Below are positions 47,782-57,367 of a stretch of 64,000 nucleotides of DNA, piece after piece. This DNA comes from an uncultured Bacteroidaceae bacterium (GTDB lineage Bacteria; Bacteroidota; Bacteroidia; Bacteroidales; Bacteroidaceae). The translations under genes and the position numbers were made by a program. Location: NCBI GenBank assembly GCA_934293005.1, contig CAKQYA010000005.1, positions 37,275-101,274 of the forward strand, read 5' to 3'. The stretch's first letter is position 1. Each line of letters opens with the position of its first letter. The notes beneath the pieces were generated by a model. The model saw only the letters and a list, made by a program, of their open reading frames with translations, was not told the DNA's origin and searched no databases.

Positions 47782-48771
47782 ATGGAATTCAAGAATCCTC
47801 TGTTTTTTCTGTTGCTCATAGCTCTCGTGCCATATATAATATGGTATGTGATGAGATACAAGCAAAGCTTGCCTTCGTTGAAGGTGCCTGATACATCTAA
47901 GTATGCTAAGGTGACCAAGAGTTTTCGGCTGTATTTGCTTCATGTGCCTTTTGTGCTTCGCTTGGTAGTGCTTACCTTGATAATATGCACACTTGCTCGT
48001 CCCCAAAGTAAGCATTCGTGGAGCAATACTGATGTAGAGGGCATTGACATAATGTTGGCGGTAGACGTGTCCACTTCCATGTTGGCGCAAGACTTCAAGC
48101 CAAACAGAGTGGAGGCTTTGAAAAAGATAGCGCAGAAATTTATCGACAATCGTCCCAACGATAATATTGGTCTTACCGTATTTGCTGGTGAGGCATATAC
48201 ACAGTGTCCGCTAACTATTGATCACGCTGTACTGATGAATCTTTATAACAGTGCTGATTGCAATATGGCTGCTCGTGGAGTCATTGACGATGGCACTGCC
48301 ATTGGAGATGGCATTATGAATGCTATTCTCCGTCTGAAGGATAGCGAGGCTAAGTCTAAAGTCATCATTCTGCTCACCGATGGTGTTAATAATAGCGGAA
48401 ATATATCCCCTGTGACAGCAGCAGAGATTGCTCGCAAGTATGGCATACGTATATACACCATAGGCATTGGCCGCAATGGAATGGCTCCTTATCCACTGCC
48501 AACAGGCGGCACTGCGATGCTTCCTGTTGAAATAGACGAGGCTGCTATGACAAAGATTTCGTCAGAGACAGGCGGACGTTATTTCCGCGCTCAGAAAAAT
48601 GATGAACTTTTGTCGGTATACAATGACATAGATGATATGGAGCGCACCAAATTCAGTGTGAAGCAATATAGTCGTCGCAATGAGTTGTATGAGCCTTTTG
48701 CTCTTACAGCTCTTGTGGTGCTTGTGTTTGAGGTGTTGTTGCGCACCGTTGTGCTGAGGCGATTGCCTTGA
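47782..48771 (+). CDS. batA: aerotolerance protein BatA (vWA domain, N-terminal TM)
   Basis: 329 aa; vWA MIDAS DVSTSM...TAIGDGI; operon position. Confidence 0.8.
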   Translation: MEFKNPLFFLLLIALVPYIIWYVMRYKQSLPSLKVPDTSKYAKVTKSFRLYLLHVPFVLRLVVLTLIICTLARPQSKHSWSNTDVEGIDIMLAVDVSTSMLAQDFKPNRVEALKKIAQKFIDNRPNDNIGLTVFAGEAYTQCPLTIDHAVLMNLYNSADCNMAARGVIDDGTAIGDGIMNAILRLKDSEAKSKVIILLTDGVNNSGNISPVTAAEIARKYGIRIYTIGIGRNGMAPYPLPTGGTAMLPVEIDEAAMTKISSETGGRYFRAQKNDELLSVYNDIDDMERTKFSVKQYSRRNELYEPFALTALVVLVFEVLLRTVVLRRLP

Positions 48772-48826
48772 CACATTTTTTTCGTGAGATATAGTATTTG
48801 AACTTAATGGATTAAATGTTAGAGAA

Positions 48827-49843
48827 ATGTTCAGATTTGCGTGTCCAATATATTTGTACCTTTTGGTGCTGATTCCGGTGATGATTTTGGTATATGCTTT
48901 CATGCGGTACCGAGCCAAAAAGCAACTGAATAAGTTTGGCGATCCCGTTCTGGTCAAGTTGCTTGTGCCAGATGTGTCGCCAATGAGGCAACATGTTAAA
49001 TTTTTCTTGATGATGGCTGCGTATGCTCTTCTCTGTGTTGTCTTGGCACGTCCGCAGTATGGTACCCGTAATGAAGAGGTTAAACGCCAGGGCATAGAAG
49101 TAGCCATAGCTGTCGATGTGTCCAACTCTATGCTTTGTGAGGATGTCAGTCCTAATCGTCTTGAGAAATCAAAAATGATAGTTAGCAAGCTTGTCGAGCA
49201 GTTTGACGAGGATAAGGTAGGTCTTGTGGCATTTGCAGGAAGCGCGATAACGTTGCTTCCAATGACAGGCGACTATGTGTCAGCAAAGATGTTTCTTGAT
49301 CAACTCAACCCTGCTACAGTGACTATGCAAGGCACTAATCTTGCTGAGGCCATAACGCGTGCCACTGCTGGATTCTCAGAAAAGGCAGGCGTAGGGCGTG
49401 CTCTGATTCTTATCACAGACGCAGAAGACAATGAACAAGGTGCTGTGGAAGCAGCCAAAGACGCCAAACGTCTTGGAGTGCAAATTTTTGTTTTGTCTGT
49501 AGGCACGTCGCAGGGAGGCCCCATTCCTATGGGAGATGGTTCCTTTAAGAAAGACAGCGATGGCAATGTGGTCACGACTAAATTGAATGAAAACATAGGA
49601 AAGAGCATAGCTCAGGCTGGCGGTGGTGTATATGTGCATGTAGACCAGACTAATCTGGCTCAAGAACTTTTGAATAAAGAAATTGAAAAGATGCAGAAAG
49701 ATGATATATCCACATCCATGTATTCAGCTTATGATGAGCAGTTTGTGGCTGTTGCATTGCTTGCTTTCATTGTGCTGATGGCTGAAGTGTGTGTGATGGA
49801 AAGAAAAAACAGGTGGATAAAGAAATATAAATTGTTCAACTAA
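48827..49843 (+). CDS. batB: aerotolerance protein BatB (vWA domain)
   Basis: 338 aa; second vWA DVSNSM; C-terminal TM. Confidence 0.8.
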   Translation: MFRFACPIYLYLLVLIPVMILVYAFMRYRAKKQLNKFGDPVLVKLLVPDVSPMRQHVKFFLMMAAYALLCVVLARPQYGTRNEEVKRQGIEVAIAVDVSNSMLCEDVSPNRLEKSKMIVSKLVEQFDEDKVGLVAFAGSAITLLPMTGDYVSAKMFLDQLNPATVTMQGTNLAEAITRATAGFSEKAGVGRALILITDAEDNEQGAVEAAKDAKRLGVQIFVLSVGTSQGGPIPMGDGSFKKDSDGNVVTTKLNENIGKSIAQAGGGVYVHVDQTNLAQELLNKEIEKMQKDDISTSMYSAYDEQFVAVALLAFIVLMAEVCVMERKNRWIKKYKLFN

Positions 49844-49945
49844 TGTTCATACTGCGGTTGTTTATATAGAATATCACTTGGCGATCGGTGGAGATTATCA
49901 TTATATTTTGAGGCAGTTTAAACAAAATAATAACCATTTAAGCAG

Positions 49946-50704
49946 ATGAGACAAATAATCATTGGCATATTGATGTTTTTCGTTCTTGTGCCAGCATCAG
50001 CACAGAATGCGCGCGACTATATACGCATGGGCAACAAGGCATACCGCCAAAGCCAGTATGACAAGGCTGAGACGATGTATTTAAAGTCCGTGTCTAAGGT
50101 GCCCTCATTCGAGGGATATTACAATCTTGGCAACGTTTACGTCATGCAGAGGAAAGACTCTACAGCCTTTGAAAATTATAAAAAAGCTGATTCAATAGGC
50201 ATTAACGATGCAGTGCGCAAATCGCTTAACTATCATAATATGGGCAATATCTGGTATGCTCAAGGCATTGCGGCGACTCGCTCGCATGAGGGCAATGCTG
50301 CAGATGCATTCCAGAATGCTGTCAATTTCTATAAGAGCGCACTTCGTTGCAATCCTTCCGATAATGAAACTCGATACAACCTTGCAATGGCGCAGTATCA
50401 GCTGAAGAAGAGCCAAAACAACAAAGGCGGCGGTCAGAATGATAATGGCAAGGATGATAAAGACCAACAGAAACAAAAGCAGCAGAATAAAGACCAACAG
50501 AAAAAGGACCAACAGAAAAAGGACCAACAGAAAGATAATAAGGATCAGCAGCAAAATAAATCCAACAGTGAGAAAAAGGATGAAATGAGCAAACAAGCTG
50601 CCGAACAACTGCTTAATTCTGCTCAACAAGATGAGAAGAGCGTTCAACGAAAATTGAACGAGAATAAGGACAACCGTCGCAAAACACTCGAAAAAGACTG
50701 GTGA
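49946..50704 (+). CDS. batC: aerotolerance protein BatC (TPR repeats with K/D/Q-rich low-complexity tail)
   Basis: 252 aa; TPR-like YYNLGNVY / HNMGNIWY; tail KDQQKKDQQKKDQQK. Confidence 0.7.
   Translation: MRQIIIGILMFFVLVPASAQNARDYIRMGNKAYRQSQYDKAETMYLKSVSKVPSFEGYYNLGNVYVMQRKDSTAFENYKKADSIGINDAVRKSLNYHNMGNIWYAQGIAATRSHEGNAADAFQNAVNFYKSALRCNPSDNETRYNLAMAQYQLKKSQNNKGGGQNDNGKDDKDQQKQKQQNKDQQKKDQQKKDQQKDNKDQQQNKSNSEKKDEMSKQAAEQLLNSAQQDEKSVQRKLNENKDNRRKTLEKDW
50488..50532 (+). repeat. 15-bp tandem repeat (aa[ag]gaccaacagaaa x3, plus a diverged copy upstream) inside batC
   Basis: encodes KDQQK iterations; potential length-variable low-complexity tail. Confidence 0.7.
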
Positions 50705-50826
50705 GTCAATTTGTGGAGAATGTCTGTCAAATAGCTATTGCCTTTTATGAATGATGGATATTCAATTCAGTCTTCTCTTTATGAGACGTATTATATATAG
50801 ATGATACAATTGACGACTATAAGATT

Positions 50827-52671
50827 ATGAAAAGAATAACAAATATAATTCTATTATTTTGCGTATTTGTATGCGCATGGGCTGATGGCAATGTCACCTT
50901 CAAGGCGACAGTGCCATCTACGGTAGAAGCTGGGGGCAAATTCCGAGTGCAGTTTACTGTCAACACACAGGATGTCTCAGGTTTTTCAGCTCCTGATTTC
51001 AAGGGATTTGAGGTGCTTTACGGTCCAGCCACTTCTTCCCAAAGCAGTTTTCAGATAATTAACGGCCGTACGTCTCAAAGCAGCAGCGTGATTTATTCAT
51101 ACGTGCTCATGGCCAACCAGTCGGGAACATATACTATAGGCAGTGCAAGTGTGCATGCCGGAGGCAAAACTGTGAAGACACGCCCTGTGCAAGTAAAGGT
51201 GCTGCCGTCAGGATCCCAGTCGTCAGGTACATCTTCAAGTTCATCGTCTGCTTCATCTCGCAATGTCTCGTCACGTGAATCCTCGTCGGACGCAGGACGT
51301 GGCATTTCAGCCAGAGACTTGTTCATGACTGCAACAGCTTCGCGCACTAACGTGCATGAACAGGAAGCCGTGCTTTTGACTTATAAGATATACACACTTG
51401 TAGACCTCACGCAGCTTGATGGCAAACTTCCAACATTGGATGGATTCCAGATTCAAGAGATACCTCTGCCACGTACAAAGGAGTTTCAGCTTGAACAGTA
51501 TAATGGCCGCAATTATCGCACAGTTGTTTGGAGCCAGTATCTTGTCTTCCCGCAGAAGTCGGGCAAACTTACCATTCCATCCATAACATATGATGGAGTT
51601 GTTGTTACCCGCAACCGCAATATCGATCCATTTGAAGCGTTCTTTAATGGCAATAGTGGCTATGTTGAGACAAAAAAGAAGATAGTGACAAAGCCAATAG
51701 TTATAAATGTGTCTCCACTTACAGGCAAACCTTCTGGCTTCTCAGGAGCTGTCGGCAAGTTCAGCATCTCATCAAGCATTAGTTCTCATGCTGTAGATGC
51801 CAATGAAGCTGTCACCCTTAAATTGAAGGTCAGCGGAAACGGAAACATGAAGCTCATATCTACTCCTTTAGTTGATTTCCCTAAAGACTTCGAAACTTAT
51901 GATGCTAAAGTGACTGACAACTTCTCCATTTCGCGTACAGGACTCACTGGAACAAAAGAGTTTGAGTATCTTGCCGTTCCTCGCCATCCAGGCACTTATA
52001 CTATTCCTGCTGTAAAGTTTATTTACTTCGACACTGCAACGCGCACATACAAAACGCTGATGACGGAACCGTATGAGTTGAAAGTAAACAAAGGCAAAGG
52101 GGGATATGGTCAAAGTGTGACAAGCTACAGCGGACAGCAACAAGATGTTCAGCAACTAAACCAAGACATTCGATTCATCAAGAAAGGTGATGTGGAATAC
52201 CATCGGTCATACGATGCTTTTTTTGCTACATGGCGCTTTTGGCTTGCATACATCATACCTTTGGTACTTTTCTGTGTAGCTGTATCGTTTGGTCGCAAAC
52301 GATTGAGAATGAATGCTAATGTAGCTCTTTCGCGTGGACGTAAGGCTAACAAGGTGGCTATCAAACGTCTTAAAGCGGCAAAGAAGCTTCTTGATGCTCA
52401 TGAACGTGAACCGTTTTACGATGAGGTGCTTCGTGCCCTTCTTGGATATGTGGGGGATAAATTTAATATGTCGCAAGAGACGCTCAATAAGGAGAATATT
52501 GAACAGTCGCTCGCATCGCGCAGAGTCCCTAACGAATATGTTGATGCTTTCATGAAGGTCATCAACGACTGTGAGTTTGCACGATATGCGCCGGGAGACC
52601 CTGAAGCTAATATGGAGCAGGTCTATGACAGTTCTATCGAGACTATTAGTAAAATGGAGGATAATTTATGA
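50827..52671 (+). CDS. batD: aerotolerance protein BatD
   Basis: 614 aa; signal peptide, S/T-rich linker, C-terminal TM; overlaps next gene by 4 nt (ATGA). Confidence 0.75.
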   Translation: MKRITNIILLFCVFVCAWADGNVTFKATVPSTVEAGGKFRVQFTVNTQDVSGFSAPDFKGFEVLYGPATSSQSSFQIINGRTSQSSSVIYSYVLMANQSGTYTIGSASVHAGGKTVKTRPVQVKVLPSGSQSSGTSSSSSSASSRNVSSRESSSDAGRGISARDLFMTATASRTNVHEQEAVLLTYKIYTLVDLTQLDGKLPTLDGFQIQEIPLPRTKEFQLEQYNGRNYRTVVWSQYLVFPQKSGKLTIPSITYDGVVVTRNRNIDPFEAFFNGNSGYVETKKKIVTKPIVINVSPLTGKPSGFSGAVGKFSISSSISSHAVDANEAVTLKLKVSGNGNMKLISTPLVDFPKDFETYDAKVTDNFSISRTGLTGTKEFEYLAVPRHPGTYTIPAVKFIYFDTATRTYKTLMTEPYELKVNKGKGGYGQSVTSYSGQQQDVQQLNQDIRFIKKGDVEYHRSYDAFFATWRFWLAYIIPLVLFCVAVSFGRKRLRMNANVALSRGRKANKVAIKRLKAAKKLLDAHEREPFYDEVLRALLGYVGDKFNMSQETLNKENIEQSLASRRVPNEYVDAFMKVINDCEFARYAPGDPEANMEQVYDSSIETISKMEDNL

Positions 52672-53420
52672 TTAAAAGAATATATATAATGTTAGTGATG
52701 GTGTTTATGTGCGCCATCACTGCTATTGCAGCAACTAAAGCCGAGGCTGATGCATTGTATGAAAAAGAGAATTATGCAGAAGCCGCAAAAGTTTATCTGA
52801 TGGTAACAAAGGCCAACGGCGTGTCATATGAGGTTTATTATAATCTTGGAAACTGTTATTATAATTTGGATGACATTCCGCAAGCCGTGCTATATTATGA
52901 GCGAGCTTATTTGTTGAATCCTGGTGATGCTGATGTGCGTGCCAACCTTGCTTTGGCGCGCGGCAAGACCGTTGATAAGGTTGTGCCTCCTTCTGAGATG
53001 TTTTTCGTCACTTGGTGGCGCGAACTGACTCATTGTATGGATGTCACATCGTGGACGGCATTAGGACTGACATCATTTATCCTTATGCTTGTAGGTGTGA
53101 CGCTATACATGTTCATGTCACAACTTTGGCTTCGTAAGATTGGCGTTTATGGAGCTATGTTTCTTTTTGTGCTGTTGATTGTGGCAAATATGGCTGCATT
53201 TTCGCAACATCGTGACATGGTCAATCGCAACACTGCTATAATCATGGCACCTGCAGTCACAGTCAAAAGTTCTCCAAGTGACCGCAGCACGGATCTCTTT
53301 GTGATACATGAAGGCTCTAAAGTGGAAATAATAGATAAGAGCATGTCCGACTGGATTGAAGTGAAGTTTGAGGAAGGCAAACAAGGGTGGATACCAGTCG
53401 GTGCTGCCGAGGTGATTTAA
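52668..53420 (+). CDS. batE: aerotolerance protein BatE (TPR + TM + SH3-like C-terminus)
   Basis: 250 aa; TPR YYNLGNCYY; C-terminal SH3b-like GSKVEIIDKSMSDWIEVKFEEGKQGWIP. Confidence 0.7.
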   Translation: MIKRIYIMLVMVFMCAITAIAATKAEADALYEKENYAEAAKVYLMVTKANGVSYEVYYNLGNCYYNLDDIPQAVLYYERAYLLNPGDADVRANLALARGKTVDKVVPPSEMFFVTWWRELTHCMDVTSWTALGLTSFILMLVGVTLYMFMSQLWLRKIGVYGAMFLFVLLIVANMAAFSQHRDMVNRNTAIIMAPAVTVKSSPSDRSTDLFVIHEGSKVEIIDKSMSDWIEVKFEEGKQGWIPVGAAEVI

Positions 53421-53495
53421 AAGTAAGAGCTGCTTTGCACGGTTGCTTGTAAAAACAAAAGGCTGCAAGCAGTTGTGAAATATTACATAAAACGT

Positions 53496-53520
53496 CCTGA
53501 TGACCGATTGGGGTTAATTG
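53496..53520. repeat. partial copy of MITE-like TIR motif (cctgatgaccgattggggttaattg)
   Basis: matches taatgaccgatttgggttaa consensus. Confidence 0.5.
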
Positions 53521-53582
53521 CTGAAGAGGCATGAAAGTCTGTTTGAGATATATGGATGATAATGGATATATAATATTATAAT

Positions 53583-54269
53583 ATGGATATAAACCAACTT
53601 GACCACACGTTAACGCTTCTCATCAATGGTAGCGACAGCATTTTCTGGGATAATGTGATGTACACCGTCACAAACACTTTTTCATGGTCTATGGTGATAG
53701 TGGCATTGCTTGTCATCATCTTCAAGAACAACAGCATCAAGAACACGTTGATAATATTGCTTACTATTGCTTTGCTTATCTTTGTCGCAGACCGTATTTG
53801 TTCAGGATTGGTCAAGCCTATGGTGGCGCGTTGGCGACCTGCTCAAGATCCTCAACTGATGTATATGGTTGATGTGGTGCGTGGTTACCGTGGAGGACGT
53901 TTCGGATTCTTCTCAGGTCATGCTTGCAATACCATGTGCATGGCTGTGTTCCTTTCGATGCTTTTCCGCAGCGCCAAAGTTACGTTGGTTCTCATCTTTT
54001 GGTCGCTCACAACCACTTTTACCCGTTTGTATCTTGGTGTGCATTATTTAGGTGATGTTTGTGTCGGTTGGTGTGTGGGCGTCATATTAGGATTATTGTT
54101 TTATTATCTTATGCGACGTTTTCAGCGTGGTGATGACCGCAGAAGTTACATCTCAGAACAATTTACTTCCACGGGTTATTTGAAGAGTGACATGGACTCA
54201 TTCCTTACAATTATATTCTTTAATTATGTCTGTGTCATTATTTTTGCCATGACCTTAGGTATAGGATGA
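53583..54269 (+). CDS. PAP2-family phosphatase (membrane)
   Basis: 228 aa; PAP2 motifs KPMVARWRP ... SGH ... YLGVHYLGDV. Confidence 0.8.
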   Translation: MDINQLDHTLTLLINGSDSIFWDNVMYTVTNTFSWSMVIVALLVIIFKNNSIKNTLIILLTIALLIFVADRICSGLVKPMVARWRPAQDPQLMYMVDVVRGYRGGRFGFFSGHACNTMCMAVFLSMLFRSAKVTLVLIFWSLTTTFTRLYLGVHYLGDVCVGWCVGVILGLLFYYLMRRFQRGDDRRSYISEQFTSTGYLKSDMDSFLTIIFFNYVCVIIFAMTLGIG

Positions 54270-55584
54270 CAACTCTTTTCGTCTTGCCATCCACTTTGTA
54301 TAATTCGGAACTTCTACGTCCGACCACCCAGGCAATCTCTTCTCCGTCCATAAGCAGAGGTTGCCTTTCTTTTTCAAACAGGCTCATCTTCTGATCTGTC
54401 ATGTAGTCGCTGAGCAGCTTTCTTTTGCCTTTCATTCCGAATGGGGCAAAACTGTCTCCTGCCTTTGGCGTGCGCATTGTCAGTTGGTCGTGAAGCTTGT
54501 CTGCATCGAGATAGGCGTGAAGCCCATCTCTTTCTATCTTCATATCAGCTACATCTACAATGCGCTTTTCGATGACAGGAACAGGGTAGTGTGGGGCCTC
54601 CGTAATGATGCATGTCCTGTCTATGACAACTCTGGAGCCTTTCTTTCCGAACACCTTCCCGCATCCGCATGCCAGCATGTCTTTTAGTTCGGCCTTGTTG
54701 AACCCGCGGTCACCAATCAATTCGTGGAGCACGGATATAGGCGATGCTGTTTCTTTAAGCTTGCTTATGTCTATGAGTGTTTCCCCATTGTCCGCAACAT
54801 GAGCGCAGAAGGCAATGTCGCGTTTTATGGCATGCCTGTACACCTTATAGACTTCATTGAGGTTTTCCATTGTGGATGCCATATTGCCAGCAGCTCCACG
54901 GTTTATCTGTTCCAGTATCGGCATGATGTCAAGCCGTACCTTGTTGCGGGCGTATTCATCTTCCAAATTGGTGTGGTCTGTCACGTATCCTTGTTTGTGC
55001 TCGTCAAGGTAATCAATAATGTCTTTTCTCGTCAGACAAAGCAAAGGGCGCACTACATCATTATTCTTTGGCTGCATGCCGCACATGCCTTTGATGCCTG
55101 TGCCACGAACCATATTAAGCAGCATGGTTTCTGTATTGTCGTTCTCGTGGTGCCCTACAGCTATGCACTCAGCTTCTGTTTCTTTCATTATTTTTCTGAA
55201 CTCGCTGTAGCGCAGTTCTCTGGCAGCCATCTCTATGCTGATTTTTTTCTTTTCAGCATACCCGATAGTGTCGAAGTCTGTTTTAATCATTTTAATGCCT
55301 AAGGAACAGCATAGATTTCGTGCGAATGTTTCGTCTCTCATGCTTTCCGCACCCCTAAGGTGAAAGTTGCAGTGCACGGCTGTCACATCAAAGCCCAGTT
55401 CTGCTAATATCATGATGAGGCACACTGAGTCGGGCCCTCCGCTTAGTCCTGCTATAACCTTACTGTTTTTTCCTATCAGCCTGTTGGAAAGTATGAATCT
55501 CTCCACCTTCTCGCTCACCTTGCTTCTTTTTGCTTTTGTGATCTTTCCTTGCATATCAATTGTGATTGTCTTATATGTGGACAT
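54238..55584 (-). CDS. tilS: tRNA(Ile)-lysidine synthetase
   Basis: 448 aa; PP-loop AGLSGGPDSV; overlaps 3' end of convergent PAP2 gene by 32 nt. Confidence 0.85.
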   Translation of the reverse strand: MSTYKTITIDMQGKITKAKRSKVSEKVERFILSNRLIGKNSKVIAGLSGGPDSVCLIMILAELGFDVTAVHCNFHLRGAESMRDETFARNLCCSLGIKMIKTDFDTIGYAEKKKISIEMAARELRYSEFRKIMKETEAECIAVGHHENDNTETMLLNMVRGTGIKGMCGMQPKNNDVVRPLLCLTRKDIIDYLDEHKQGYVTDHTNLEDEYARNKVRLDIMPILEQINRGAAGNMASTMENLNEVYKVYRHAIKRDIAFCAHVADNGETLIDISKLKETASPISVLHELIGDRGFNKAELKDMLACGCGKVFGKKGSRVVIDRTCIITEAPHYPVPVIEKRIVDVADMKIERDGLHAYLDADKLHDQLTMRTPKAGDSFAPFGMKGKRKLLSDYMTDQKMSLFEKERQPLLMDGEEIAWVVGRRSSELYKVDGKTKRVVILYLRSWQK

Positions 55585-55780
55585 TAGTCATTGGCAGAGT
55601 CATGATATAGCTCGTTTGCCTTTGGAGGACTTCATCAGCATTCACTCTGCAGAATGGCTTGTTGTCTCTTGTTTCTTCTATTTTAATGCAAAATTACGCA
55701 ATAAATCTTGGTTTTTATAGTGAAATGCGATTTTTTCTAAAAAAAAACATGAATAGTTTTGCCAGTTCAGAAAAATGCGC

Positions 55781-55788
55781 TACCTTTG
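55781..55788 (+). promoter_or_regulatory. -7 promoter box TACCTTTG upstream of tRNA-Cys
   Basis: TAnnTTTG consensus 49 nt upstream. Confidence 0.4.
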
Positions 55789-55836
55789 CACTCGCAAACA
55801 GGAAATAACAACGTTTGTTTCTTTAAGCAGCACAAT

Positions 55837-55908
55837 GGTGCGTTGGATGAGAGGCTTAGTCAACGGTCTGCAAAACCGTGTACACCCGTTCGAATCGGGT
55901 ACGCACCT
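55837..55908 (+). tRNA. probable tRNA-Cys (anticodon GCA) with atypical D-arm
   Basis: perfect 7-bp acceptor ggtgcgt/acgcacc, anticodon stem acggt/accgt with loop ctGCAaa, T-arm acccg-ttcgaat-cgggt; D-arm pairs poorly in my hand fold. Confidence 0.6.
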
Positions 55909-55918
55909 CTTTAAAAAA

Positions 55919-55958
55919 GAAAGGGATTCAATCAAACTGATTGAATCCCTTTCCTTTT
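55919..55958 (+). terminator. rho-independent terminator after tRNA-Cys
   Basis: aagggattcaatc-aaact-gattgaatccctt tccttttg. Confidence 0.75.
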
Positions 55959-56213
55959 GATGCCTTCTGTTGTATTGATAAATGCTGGGTCAGCGGATTT
56001 TCCCGGTTAGTGGCAATGGATAATGCTGCATTGCTCTGTCTGACCCTATAACTCTGCTGCTCCGACTTTCATCAACTTACAGGAACGCATCCCTCAGACT
56101 ATTGGGCATTATAAAGAGAAGGACGCTGTACTTGCCAACGACATTCTGCTCTTGAAGGAGATAATTAAGTTGGCTTGGAATTGACGATGCTGCTGGTGTG
56201 GACATGTTGTTAG

Positions 56214-56259
56214 CTATAATATAAAAAGGTGGCGTATCCTGTGATAGATACGTCACCTT
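56214..56259 (-). terminator. rho-independent terminator (minus strand) after bamD-rpoZ-DUF4293 genes
   Basis: 13-bp stem aaggtggcgtatc/gatacgtcacctt (one G-U), loop ctgtgata; forward A-run ataatataaaaa upstream gives a U-run on minus. Confidence 0.6.
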
Positions 56260-56305
56260 ATTATATATTGTCAGTTGAGGAAATATTCATTTGTTTCACT
56301 CCTTG

Positions 56306-56797
56306 TCATCTAAGTCTGTCCAGTGAGCGAACAAGCGCTTCGTCTTTCCTTATGCCTTGTATGGCGAGGCAGTTGAGTATGATGCTTAGTGCAGGAAGAA
56401 CAGCTGCGAATTTCACGTGAAATGTTGGAATGGCATTTTCTACCGCTATCTGTTCAATGTTGAGGTGATAGTAGTATGCAAACACGGCATAAGTGGCTAT
56501 ATATCCCACAAGCAGTATTGTGCTGAGAATTACAAGCCGCAACTGACGCATGCGCTTTCTGAAGAGCAGTATGCTTATGGATGAAACGAAAATCACCAAT
56601 ATGAGCAGTATGCCCATGCACCATGGTCCGCTTGTGGCGTCAAGTGATAGCCAAGCACCGTTCGCATTGAATGTGAAGTTGCTGAAATTTGCCACGGTGT
56701 CATTTGCGATTGTCCATTCCCCCATAGTGGATATAAGTGCGACAAACGAAAAAATGACGACGAGTGCCATGTATACAGTCTGTATTCTTTGTATCAT
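56306..56797 (-). CDS. small polytopic membrane protein (DUF4293-like)
   Basis: 163 aa, 4-5 predicted TM helices; family assignment from recollection only. Confidence 0.45.
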   Translation of the reverse strand: MIQRIQTVYMALVVIFSFVALISTMGEWTIANDTVANFSNFTFNANGAWLSLDATSGPWCMGILLILVIFVSSISILLFRKRMRQLRLVILSTILLVGYIATYAVFAYYYHLNIEQIAVENAIPTFHVKFAAVLPALSIILNCLAIQGIRKDEALVRSLDRLR

Positions 56798-56936
56798 GAT
56801 ACGGTTTTGTCAGAAAATGTTGTGCAGTTTCAGAGAAGAAGCATTCAGCGGAACGCTTTGTTCTTCCCGAAACTGCAGTATTTCATAAATCTGTTAGAAT
56901 AAAAATGAATGTTTCAGTAAAAATAATGTGCAACCG

Positions 56937-57269
56937 TTATTTCCTTTCAGTTTCTTTTGCCGGGTTGCGGTAGTATATGTCGTCGTTGAGGAATTCCTCT
57001 GTTGCGATGAGTGTTGGCTTAGGCAAACGCTCATAGTAGCGTGAAATCTGAATTTGTTCCTCATTCTCAAACACCTCCTCAAGCGTGTCGTTGTGTGATC
57101 CGAATTCCACCAGTTTCTTGTTGAGTTCTTCTTTCATTTCCTGTGCAATCTGATTAGAACGCTTGGCAATGATGGCTACACTTTCGTAGAGGTTGTTAGT
57201 GTCGCGGCAGAAGTCCATAAGATTTCTTGTCACAGTTGTTGTTGGCGCTTTTACTTTTTTGAAATCCAT
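56937..57269 (-). CDS. rpoZ: DNA-directed RNA polymerase subunit omega (Bacteroidetes long form)
   Basis: 110 aa; NLYESVAIIAKRSNQIAQEMKEEL matches Bacteroidetes RpoZ core. Confidence 0.65.
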   Translation of the reverse strand: MDFKKVKAPTTTVTRNLMDFCRDTNNLYESVAIIAKRSNQIAQEMKEELNKKLVEFGSHNDTLEEVFENEEQIQISRYYERLPKPTLIATEEFLNDDIYYRNPAKETERK

Positions 57270-57367
57270 AGTAATTATTTATGTGTATGTTTTTTTGATT
57301 TTATCTTGTCAGTGTTGAATGAACAATGTGATATTGTCGGCATGTTTGTCAGCAAGGAGTGCCTGAT

